Assembly: GCA_963733035.1 (NCBI GenBank)
Contig: CAVTBU010000008.1
Coordinates: 96,001 to 160,000 of the forward strand
DNA: 64,000 nt
Source of the DNA: Pirellulales bacterium
GTDB lineage: Bacteria; Planctomycetota; Planctomycetia; Pirellulales; PALSA-1355
Reading direction: 5' to 3'
The notes under the pieces were generated by a model. The model did not search any database and had not been told where the DNA came from. It saw nothing but the letters and a program-made list of their open reading frames with translations. Below, one piece after another: positions 39,598-47,248 of this stretch (positions are counted from its first letter, which is position 1; every line of letters begins with the position of its first letter). The position numbers were made by a program, and so were the translations under genes.

Positions 39598-40359
39598 CTA
39601 GCCCGAAGCCTGGATGATGCACTCGGACGGCAGGTACCGCGGTACGACGGCGTATCGATCAACCATTGCCGCCAACTCGATATCGCCCGCCATGCCGATC
39701 TCGATGAGATTGCGACCACCGCGACTGGCGCACAGCGCGGTAATCAAGCGCATTTCAAGCTCGCTACCGCTGGCTAACCCCGTAACGCTCAGCCACGCGT
39801 CGCGTGCGATTTCCGCCTGATCGTTCAGCTGCCATTGCTCGGTATCTTGCAATCCAACAACAATGGCCCCGGCAAATAGCACGTCCTCCCGTGTGATCTG
39901 GCCATCAGTCCCCGCGCAGACGAGTTCGATCGGCCTGGCCGCGGAATCCGCCTGCAATCGCTGGCAGACCGCTGTCAGGTTGACGATCGCCCCCACCAGG
40001 ATTTCGTCAGCGGCAGCACAATGTAGCAGTGCCTTGGTGCCGTTGGTCGTCGTCAGGACAACCGTCTTGCCAGCCACCAGTTTTTGCGAGTACTCCGCTG
40101 GGGAGTTTCCCAAGTCAAACCCTTCAATCGGCCGTCCGCCACGTTCACCGCCCAAAAGCGCTTTGCCGGCCCGAAATGCGCCGGACCTGTGGCGGGCCTC
40201 TTCGATGGTCAGGCAGGGCAACACAGCGACCGCCTCGGCGTCCAGAGCCGCCACGATTGTCGTCGTCGCCCGTAGCACGTCGATCACGACGCAGAGACTC
40301 CCGGCCAATGAGTCCGGCGCGGCAAATTCAGGTAAGAAATGAACGCGTAGCGGAGGCAT
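39598..40359 (-). CDS. comB: 2-phosphosulfolactate phosphatase family protein
   Basis: VIDVLRATTTI, GGERGG, FDLGNSP, TTTNGT, CAG and ED motifs. Confidence 0.92.
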   Translation of the reverse strand: MPPLRVHFLPEFAAPDSLAGSLCVVIDVLRATTTIVAALDAEAVAVLPCLTIEEARHRSGAFRAGKALLGGERGGRPIEGFDLGNSPAEYSQKLVAGKTVVLTTTNGTKALLHCAAADEILVGAIVNLTAVCQRLQADSAARPIELVCAGTDGQITREDVLFAGAIVVGLQDTEQWQLNDQAEIARDAWLSVTGLASGSELEMRLITALCASRGGRNLIEIGMAGDIELAAMVDRYAVVPRYLPSECIIQASG

Positions 40360-40477
40360 GCGCGATTCTCGGGGAACGAAAACGCCATCATACCGGTTCC
40401 GACACTCGACTGACTAGCGGCCTAACGGTGCGGGAGCATAATCGTCATGGCATCGAAAGCCTCGCTACAATCTATCC

Positions 40478-40705
40478 ATGGATATTTTATTCGTATCGCG
40501 TTTCGTGTTCTTTATCGCCTGTGGATTCTATGCCGCCTGGCACGTTCGGAAGGCGCAATTGACCGGCGTGTGGCCCACATGGTGGAAAATTCATCGAGAC
40601 AAAGAGCCGCTCGCGTATTGGACTCTAATGACCATGGGTAGCCTGATGACACTTATCGCAATCGCAAGCGTGGTGGCGTTGCTGGTCGACCAATTCATGG
40701 GTTAG
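40478..40705 (+). CDS. Small 2-TM membrane protein
   Basis: 75 aa with two hydrophobic segments flanking IHRDKEPLAYW. TACAAT lies 6 nt before the ATG. Less GC-rich than its neighbours by eye. Confidence 0.6.
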   Translation: MDILFVSRFVFFIACGFYAAWHVRKAQLTGVWPTWWKIHRDKEPLAYWTLMTMGSLMTLIAIASVVALLVDQFMG

Positions 40706-40776
40706 CCTCTTTGCCTCCCCGACCGTTCGTTCGAACTGCGCTTATCAGGTTCAACGCCTCCGCTACAATCGTTCGC

Positions 40777-42246
40777 ATGGCCTACAACGGATTATCCGAT
40801 TTCCTTGAGGAACTTGCCGGCTCGGGCGAGCTGGTGCGGATCGACGCCGACGTCGACCCGCACTGGGAAATCTCCGAAATCACCCGCCGCGTTGCTAGCG
40901 AGGGAGGACCCGCGCTACTTTTCGAACGCGTTCGCGGCCAATCGATGGCCGTGCTGACGAATTTGCTGGGCACGCGGCGGCGGGCCTGCCGCCTGCTGGG
41001 CATCGAGTCGCTCGACGGGATCGTCAGCCGCATTGAGGCCGTGGCCGCAGCGCATACACCGCAAAACTGGTTCGACCGCTTGAAGATGCCGGGCGTCGAA
41101 TCAAGCACCGACAAGTTTCGTCCCCGCACCATCAAAATCGGCGGCTGCCAGCAGGTCGTGCACCTCGGACGCGACGTCAACCTGTCCACGTTTCCGCTCA
41201 TTCAATCCTGGCCCGACGAATCTGGCGCGAGCATCACCGCCGGCCTGATCCTGACTCGTGGTGCCCAGTCGTTTACGTGTGGCGCCACACATTGTCCGCT
41301 TGTGGCACTCGATGAAAATCGGTTAGCGCTCGTCGACGACGGCGAGTCCGCGTTCGCCTGCCACTGGGAAGAATATCTGTCCACCGGAGAGCGGATGCCG
41401 GCGGCCGTGGTGCTCGGCGGCGATCCGGCGGCGACGATCGCGGCCAACCTCGCGTTACCCGCCACTTTGGAAGTTCTGCACCTTGTGGGCCTGCTTCGTG
41501 GCAAACCGCTCGACCTGGTCAAATGCCGCACGCACGACCTGCCCGTGCCTGCCGAAGCGGAACTTGTCTTCGAAGGCTATCTTGATCCCGGCACACCTCC
41601 GGAAACGATTCGACTCGCCGGGGCAGGGGGAAGCCACTATCGCATTTCCAGCTCGGCGCTTGTGCTGCACGTTTCCGCCGTCACGCACCGCAATCGCCCA
41701 GTCTTTCCTGCATTAGTCGACGCCGGCTCGGTTGGTGAACGGGGAGTTTTGGCCAAAGCTCGCGAACGAACTCTGCTGGCAGCCCTGCAAGCCGTGGCGC
41801 CGGACGTCACCGATTTGAGTCTGCCGCTGCTCGGCGGCGTGCACCGATTTGCCTTTGTGGCCTTTCGCAAACACAGCCCATTTCAGGCTCGACAAGTGGC
41901 AGCCGCGGTCTGGGGCAGTCAGTCGCTGAAGCATGCGAAGTTTCTCGTATTGGTCGACGAGGGAGTCGATGTGCATCAGCCCGAGCAAGTCTGGGCACAG
42001 GTCGGTGCGAACGTTGCGCCTGAACGCGACGTCGTCGCATTTGACGGTCCGGCCGACCAGAGCGATTTCGCCGGCACGATGCTGCCGCTGGCCCGAAATC
42101 TGGCCCTCGACGCCACCACCAAGCTCACTTCGGAACATGCCGGGACGTGGCCGGCGGCGCTCCGCGCGGATCAGGAGATCGAACGCCAGGTAACCGCTCG
42201 CTGGGCCGAATTCAAGTTCGAATTGGGTGCTCGGCTGGGCCAGTAA
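40777..42246 (+). CDS. UbiD-family (MqnL-like) protein with a degenerate active site
   Basis: GELVRI, GPALLFE, NLLG, WPDE, VPAEAELVFEG, AVWG...KFLVLVD and LDATTK motifs are present. The catalytic GxYR and EGPFG(D/E) motifs are absent. Confidence 0.85.
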   Translation: MAYNGLSDFLEELAGSGELVRIDADVDPHWEISEITRRVASEGGPALLFERVRGQSMAVLTNLLGTRRRACRLLGIESLDGIVSRIEAVAAAHTPQNWFDRLKMPGVESSTDKFRPRTIKIGGCQQVVHLGRDVNLSTFPLIQSWPDESGASITAGLILTRGAQSFTCGATHCPLVALDENRLALVDDGESAFACHWEEYLSTGERMPAAVVLGGDPAATIAANLALPATLEVLHLVGLLRGKPLDLVKCRTHDLPVPAEAELVFEGYLDPGTPPETIRLAGAGGSHYRISSSALVLHVSAVTHRNRPVFPALVDAGSVGERGVLAKARERTLLAALQAVAPDVTDLSLPLLGGVHRFAFVAFRKHSPFQARQVAAAVWGSQSLKHAKFLVLVDEGVDVHQPEQVWAQVGANVAPERDVVAFDGPADQSDFAGTMLPLARNLALDATTKLTSEHAGTWPAALRADQEIERQVTARWAEFKFELGARLGQ

Positions 42247-42343
42247 ATTACCGGTTTATACGCGGCCGCGTTCTCGGTTATCATCCAGGACGTTAACGCG
42301 CAGGATGAACCCGCGCTGTTCGTGACCGTGGTTTGAACGATCC

Positions 42344-43051
42344 ATGCCGGTAGACAAGTCGGAAGCGCGTGTGCGGGGAATGTTCGCCGAGATCGCGTCG
42401 CGCTACGACTTCATGAACCACGCGCTCTCGCTCGGCACCGACGTCTATTGGCGGTGGCGTACGGTCCGCAAGGTCGCCCCCAGCGGGCACGCCCCAATTC
42501 TCGATTTGTGCACCGGTACCGGCGATTTAGCGCTGGCCTATCGTCGCGCGGTCGGCAACGGCACACCGGTCGTGGGGGCCGACTTTTGCCATCCGATGCT
42601 CGTTATCGGACACAAAAAGGCCGATCGCCGGGAGGTGGATGGCCTGACGTTCGTGGAAGCCGACGCCCAGCAGTTGCCGTTTCCGGACGCAACGTTTCAA
42701 ATCGTTTCGGTGGCCTTCGGTCTGCGCAACGTCACCGACACCGATCAAGGCTTGCGCGAGATGATCCGGGTTTGCCAAAGCGGCGGCCGAATCGCCGTGT
42801 TAGAATTCTCGATGCCAACCTTGCAACCGTTCCGTTACTTTTACGGTTTCTATTTCCGGCACATGCTGCCGAAGATTGGGCAGTTGCTGGCTCGCAATCG
42901 GCAAGACGCCTACAACTACCTGCCAGAGAGTGTGGGGGAGTTTCCGGCCGGTGAGGCTTTGGCTGAGCGGATCCGAGCGGCCGGTGCCAGCGAGGTCCGG
43001 TACTATCCGCTGACGCTGGGCGTGGCCACGCTGTACGTAGGCATCAAATGA
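42344..43051 (+). CDS. menG: Demethylmenaquinone methyltransferase (UbiE/MenG)
   Basis: YDFMNHALS, LDLCTGTGD, AFGLRNV, LEFS and AYNYLPESV motifs. Confidence 0.95.
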   Translation: MPVDKSEARVRGMFAEIASRYDFMNHALSLGTDVYWRWRTVRKVAPSGHAPILDLCTGTGDLALAYRRAVGNGTPVVGADFCHPMLVIGHKKADRREVDGLTFVEADAQQLPFPDATFQIVSVAFGLRNVTDTDQGLREMIRVCQSGGRIAVLEFSMPTLQPFRYFYGFYFRHMLPKIGQLLARNRQDAYNYLPESVGEFPAGEALAERIRAAGASEVRYYPLTLGVATLYVGIK

Positions 43052-43734
43052 TCCCAACGAGCCAAGACAACCGCGACAATATCGTGCTGGCGATGACCGG
43101 TGCCAGCGGCTCGATCTACGCACTGCGGCTTTTGCAGCTACTGGTTGAGGCCAACGTGCGCGTCCACCTGACAATCAGCCCGCCGGCTCGGCTTGTACTC
43201 CTCCAGGAATTGGGCGTCGACGTCGATCTGGCACGTTTTCAACCGCATGAACTGCCGCTCCACTCCGACTCCGTGTCCTGGCCACGACTTTCGCTGGCGA
43301 TGTCCGAAGTGCTCGATCGCAACCCCGCAAGCCCGCCGCCTGCGGACACAATCATTTACCACCACTACGAGAACCTGATGGCTCCGATCGCCAGCGGCTC
43401 GTTCTTGACCAGCGGCATGGTCATTTGCCCCTGCTCCGGAAGCACACTCGGAGCGGTGGTGCATGGCACCGGCGAAAACCTCATCCACCGGGCCGCCAGC
43501 GTACATCTTAAGGAGCGTCGCAAGTTGGTGGTCGTACCGCGCGAAACGCCGCTGTCGACAATTCAGCTGGAAAACATGCGCCGGGCCTCCGAGGCCGGCG
43601 CCGTGGTGCTGCCTGCCATGCCAGGTTTCTATCACGACGTGAACTGTCTGGGAGACTTGGTCGACTTTGTCGTGGCTCGAATCCTCGACCAACTTGGCAT
43701 CGCCAACAGCTTGATGCACCGCTGGGGAATGTAA
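43048..43734 (+). CDS. ubiX: Flavin prenyltransferase UbiX (MqnM)
   Basis: MTGASGSIY, APIASGS, PCS, LKERRKLVVVPRETP and PAMPGFY motifs. Confidence 0.95.
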   Translation: MIPTSQDNRDNIVLAMTGASGSIYALRLLQLLVEANVRVHLTISPPARLVLLQELGVDVDLARFQPHELPLHSDSVSWPRLSLAMSEVLDRNPASPPPADTIIYHHYENLMAPIASGSFLTSGMVICPCSGSTLGAVVHGTGENLIHRAASVHLKERRKLVVVPRETPLSTIQLENMRRASEAGAVVLPAMPGFYHDVNCLGDLVDFVVARILDQLGIANSLMHRWGM

Positions 43735-43743
43735 CGAATTGCC

Positions 43744-44646
43744 ATGCTGACTCGCCTACGGCACATCCTGGAGATGATCCGCTTCAGTCACACGCTGTTT
43801 GCGCTGCCGTTTGCACTGCTATCGGCCGTGATGGCCTGGCATCTTGGCGAGAAACTCACAACCGGCCGCATTATCCGCGAGCTGCTTGGCATCGTGCTTT
43901 GCATGGTTACCGCTCGCAGCGCGGCCATGGCGTTTAATCGCATCGCCGACTGGCGGCTCGACGCGGAAAACCCCCGCACAAAAATGCGGCACATTCCCGC
44001 CGGCATGCTCAGCGTCTCAAGCGTCGTGGCATTTGCCGTCGTTTGCTCCCTGGGCTTTGTACTTTCGACCCTCATCTTCTTGCCAAACCGCCTGCCAATT
44101 TACCTGTCCCTGCCGGTATTGGTGTTCTTGTTGGGATACAGCCTGACGAAGCGTTTCACCTCGGCAGCTCATTTCTGGCTGGGGGCTGCATTGATGCTCG
44201 CGCCAGTGTCGGCCTGGATCGCGCTCCGGGGCGAGCAAGTTCTGGCAAACCCGGCGGACCTGCTCCCGGCCGTTATACTCGGAGCTGCCGTCATGCTCTG
44301 GGTAGCCGGATTCGACATCATCTACGCCTGCCAGGACGTCGACTACGACCTTTCAGCCGGACTACACAGCGTGCCGGCCCGCTTGGGCGTTCGGCGGGCC
44401 TTGTGGCTGGCCGCGATCTGCCACCTGGGAATGGTGCTCTTGCTTGCGGCCTTGCCCGGGGTATACCCTCAATTAGGTTGGATTTACGCTGGCGGGATCG
44501 CGGCTGTGGCCATCCTGCTGGCATACGAGCACTGGCTGGTCCGCCCCGACGATTTAACCCGCGTGAATGTGGCATTCTTCCAGGTAAATGCGGTTGTAAG
44601 CATAGGATTGCTGCTCGTCGGCGCCCTCGACCTCTGGAGCGGCTAG
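43744..44646 (+). CDS. mqnP: UbiA-family prenyltransferase (MqnP-type)
   Basis: FSHTLFALPFA, RSAAMAFNRIAD...NPRT, YSLTKRF and GFDIIYACQD motifs. Confidence 0.9.
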   Translation: MLTRLRHILEMIRFSHTLFALPFALLSAVMAWHLGEKLTTGRIIRELLGIVLCMVTARSAAMAFNRIADWRLDAENPRTKMRHIPAGMLSVSSVVAFAVVCSLGFVLSTLIFLPNRLPIYLSLPVLVFLLGYSLTKRFTSAAHFWLGAALMLAPVSAWIALRGEQVLANPADLLPAVILGAAVMLWVAGFDIIYACQDVDYDLSAGLHSVPARLGVRRALWLAAICHLGMVLLLAALPGVYPQLGWIYAGGIAAVAILLAYEHWLVRPDDLTRVNVAFFQVNAVVSIGLLLVGALDLWSG

Positions 44647-44723
44647 GGCCGTATGCCCCAGGCTGATAGACTGCCCGTAACTGACACCGCAGTTTTAAGA
44701 TTATCACGACGAACTATTTTGCC

Positions 44724-45866
44724 ATGATTCGAGCACCCGAACCGACGTTGGATTCGATCCGCGAAAAAGTTCTATCGGGCGAGCGGTTGAGTTTTGACGA
44801 AGGGCTCTATCTCTACCGCCCCGACGTTCCACTGCCGCAAATCGGCGAGTTGGCGAACATCGTTCGCGAGCGCAAGAATGGCGATCGAACCTACTACAAT
44901 ATCAACACGCACCTGAACCCCACCAACGTTTGCGTTTACCGTTGCGTGTTCTGCGCCTTTCGGTCCGATTTGCGCGACCCGAAGGGCTACCTGATGAGCG
45001 ACGAGCAAATCCTGGCTCGCGGCCAAGAGGCCGTCGATTGCGGTGCCACCGAGATGCACATCGTGGGCGGGCTGCACCACCAGATGAAGTACGAGTGGTA
45101 CCGAAACCTGATCCAAATCCTGCATGACACATACCCTCGGCTGCACCTGAAGGCATGGACCGCCGTGGAACTCGATTGGTTTTGCCGCCAGACCGGCAAA
45201 TCAATTCGCCAGATTCTGGAAGATATGATGGACGCCGGCTTGGGAAGCCTCCCCGGTGGCGGCGCGGAAATCTTTCATCCGGAAGTCCGCGACCGAATCT
45301 GCGAACACAAAGCCGACGCTGGCCGCTGGGTGGAGATCCATCGCACGGCACACGAGCTCGGCCTGCGCACGAACGCAACGATGCTCTACGGCCATTTGGA
45401 AAATGACTTCCATCGAGTCGATCATCTGGTGCGGCTCCGCGAGCTGCAGGACGAGACCGGCGGCTTTCAGACCTTCATTCCCCTAGCGTTTCATCCAGAC
45501 AACACGGGGCTGGCGCAGATCAAGAAGCCGTCGGGCCTGATGGACCTGCGGACCGTCGCGGTCAGCCGGCTAATGCTCGATAACTTCGATCACGTCAAGG
45601 CCTATTGGATCATGCTTGGAATCGGTACGGCCCAAACCGCGCTTGCCTTCGGTGCGGACGATCTCGATGGCACGGTGCGGCACGAGCTAATCTATCACGA
45701 CGCCGGCGCCACAACGCCCGAGGCCTTGAGCGTCGAAGAAATTCGCCGCCTGATCATCGAAGCCGGCCGAGAACCGATCGAACGCGACACGCTCTACCAC
45801 CGCGTGGTTCGTGAAGGTTCGCACTGGGAAGCTGCCGAATCGCTTGCCGCCAGCGATTCGCGGTGA
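44724..45866 (+). CDS. mqnE: Aminofutalosine synthase (radical SAM)
   Basis: NTHLNPTNVCVYRCVFCAF, HIVGGLH, PGGGAEIF, FIPLAFHP and HVKAYW motifs. Confidence 0.93.
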   Translation: MIRAPEPTLDSIREKVLSGERLSFDEGLYLYRPDVPLPQIGELANIVRERKNGDRTYYNINTHLNPTNVCVYRCVFCAFRSDLRDPKGYLMSDEQILARGQEAVDCGATEMHIVGGLHHQMKYEWYRNLIQILHDTYPRLHLKAWTAVELDWFCRQTGKSIRQILEDMMDAGLGSLPGGGAEIFHPEVRDRICEHKADAGRWVEIHRTAHELGLRTNATMLYGHLENDFHRVDHLVRLRELQDETGGFQTFIPLAFHPDNTGLAQIKKPSGLMDLRTVAVSRLMLDNFDHVKAYWIMLGIGTAQTALAFGADDLDGTVRHELIYHDAGATTPEALSVEEIRRLIIEAGREPIERDTLYHRVVREGSHWEAAESLAASDSR

Positions 45867-45887
45867 GCTTCCGCGACACACGACAGA

Positions 45888-46508
45888 CTACGCCGGCTCA
45901 CTAGGTGGTGGATCGAACATGCGTCGGACCAATGCGACGTCGTTTTCGACTCCGATCTTATCGTGCACGCGCGAGCGGTGCTTGGCGGCCGTTTGGATCG
46001 TGATCTGCAGCTCCGAGGCAATCTGCTTGAGCGTCTTGCCGCGCAGGATCAAATCCATCACCTCCGCCTCGCGAGGCGTCAAATCCGGATGCGAGGGCAA
46101 CTCGTTCGGCGGCACGTTCGTCTCTTGATGCCGAGCAAATTCGGCATCCAAAGCGCGACGGATCTGACCTAGCAGAACTCCGTCATCGGCGGGCTTCTGC
46201 AAGAAGTCGAACGCCCCTGAGCGAAAGGCCTGGGCACACACGCCCACGTCGCCGTGGCCAGTCAGAAAGATAATGGGAAGCTGAACTCCGTCCTTGATCA
46301 GTGCTTCTTGCACTTCGAGGCCGTTCATGCCAGGCATGTTCATGTCGAGCACGAGGCATGCGGGGCGCTCGCGATCGAAACTTTCCAGGAACAAGCGGCC
46401 GGAGTTGAAGGTTTCAATTTTCAAGCCTGCGACACCCAACAACGCCCGCAGCATTTGCAGCGTCAGCGGATCGTCGTCGACGACATAGACAATCGGCTCG
46501 GAGTTCAT
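45888..46508 (-). CDS. FixJ/LuxR-family response regulator
   Basis: VYVVDDD, LDMNMPGMNG, FLTGHG and FLQKP motifs plus the HTH LTPREAEV...KQIASEL. Confidence 0.92.
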   Translation of the reverse strand: MNSEPIVYVVDDDPLTLQMLRALLGVAGLKIETFNSGRLFLESFDRERPACLVLDMNMPGMNGLEVQEALIKDGVQLPIIFLTGHGDVGVCAQAFRSGAFDFLQKPADDGVLLGQIRRALDAEFARHQETNVPPNELPSHPDLTPREAEVMDLILRGKTLKQIASELQITIQTAAKHRSRVHDKIGVENDVALVRRMFDPPPSEPA

Positions 46509-46770
46509 GGCAGCGAACTCAAACGTTGCGATCCTGCCGACGCTTGAAACGACTCGCAGCACTGCGAGCCGTCGCTGGCACGCAGACTGCGCTGAAACCG
46601 AATTGGTCACACGATGGACTGATTAACCGTTCGCGTGGAATGTACCGTGTAATGCCCACCCCATCAATTGGGATAACAAGTGTCCCGATCGAGTGGAAAG
46701 AATCTGCCGACGTCCAAACCGGCGCGACGACCGCTTCGCCACTGCCCGAGGTCGTCTCACGCCAGAAAGC

Positions 46771-46843
46771 AAAAAACCCGCTTCGACACCAAGGCGTCGA
46801 AGCGGGCACCCGTCTCGAACGTGGGGCAGCAGCGTTCGAACGG
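46771..46843 (-). ncRNA. Candidate sRNA unit A (5' hairpin plus intrinsic terminator)
   Basis: TATATG at 46850-46855, a hairpin at 46810-46843 with loop CUGCUGCCCCA, and a 14-bp terminator stem at 46777-46806 followed by U6. No plausible ORF within the unit. Confidence 0.45.
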
Positions 46844-46903
46844 AAAGTTCATATACACGGAATTTGATCGTCATATTGAAGCGTGATGATGGACTTACAT
46901 GGA

Positions 46904-46920
46904 GTGCGAATATTTCGCAC
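46904..46920. promoter_or_regulatory. Perfect inverted repeat GTGCGAA-tat-TTCGCAC, candidate operator
   Basis: 7-3-7 palindrome about 50 nt upstream of the unit A -10. Confidence 0.4.
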
Positions 46921-46947
46921 GCAACTGGTGAACAATCGCCGCGCAAC

Positions 46948-47026
46948 AAAAAAACCCGTCCGACCTACTGCCCCTGCTAGGTCGAACGGGCAATCAAGCC
47001 ACTATCTCTCAATGAGTTAGCGACCC
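46948..47026 (-). ncRNA. Candidate sRNA unit B ending in an intrinsic terminator
   Basis: TAGATT at 47033-47038, then a 13-bp stem at 46955-46990 with loop GCAGGGGCAG followed by U7. Confidence 0.42.
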
Positions 47027-47248
47027 TTACTAAATCTACACATCGGCGCAACACGCAGGTCGTCCGAAATCATTTGTGAGCGAATTGCGCTGAAACCATT
47101 CCCGAGGGGGGAATTCCTATTGTGCCAGCGGTCTGTTCGAACATTCGCAAGATAGGAGGCATGCGTGGCCTAGGAGAACCACTCCGTCGGGATTGGTGGG
47201 TTTGGGGGCAGATTTACACGAGCAGCTCGTTTGCCGACGGACTCGATT

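Noticed and set aside
39598..40359. comB as evidence of coenzyme M biosynthesis
   Set aside because: No comA/C/D/E nearby, and stand-alone ComB homologs are common in bacteria.
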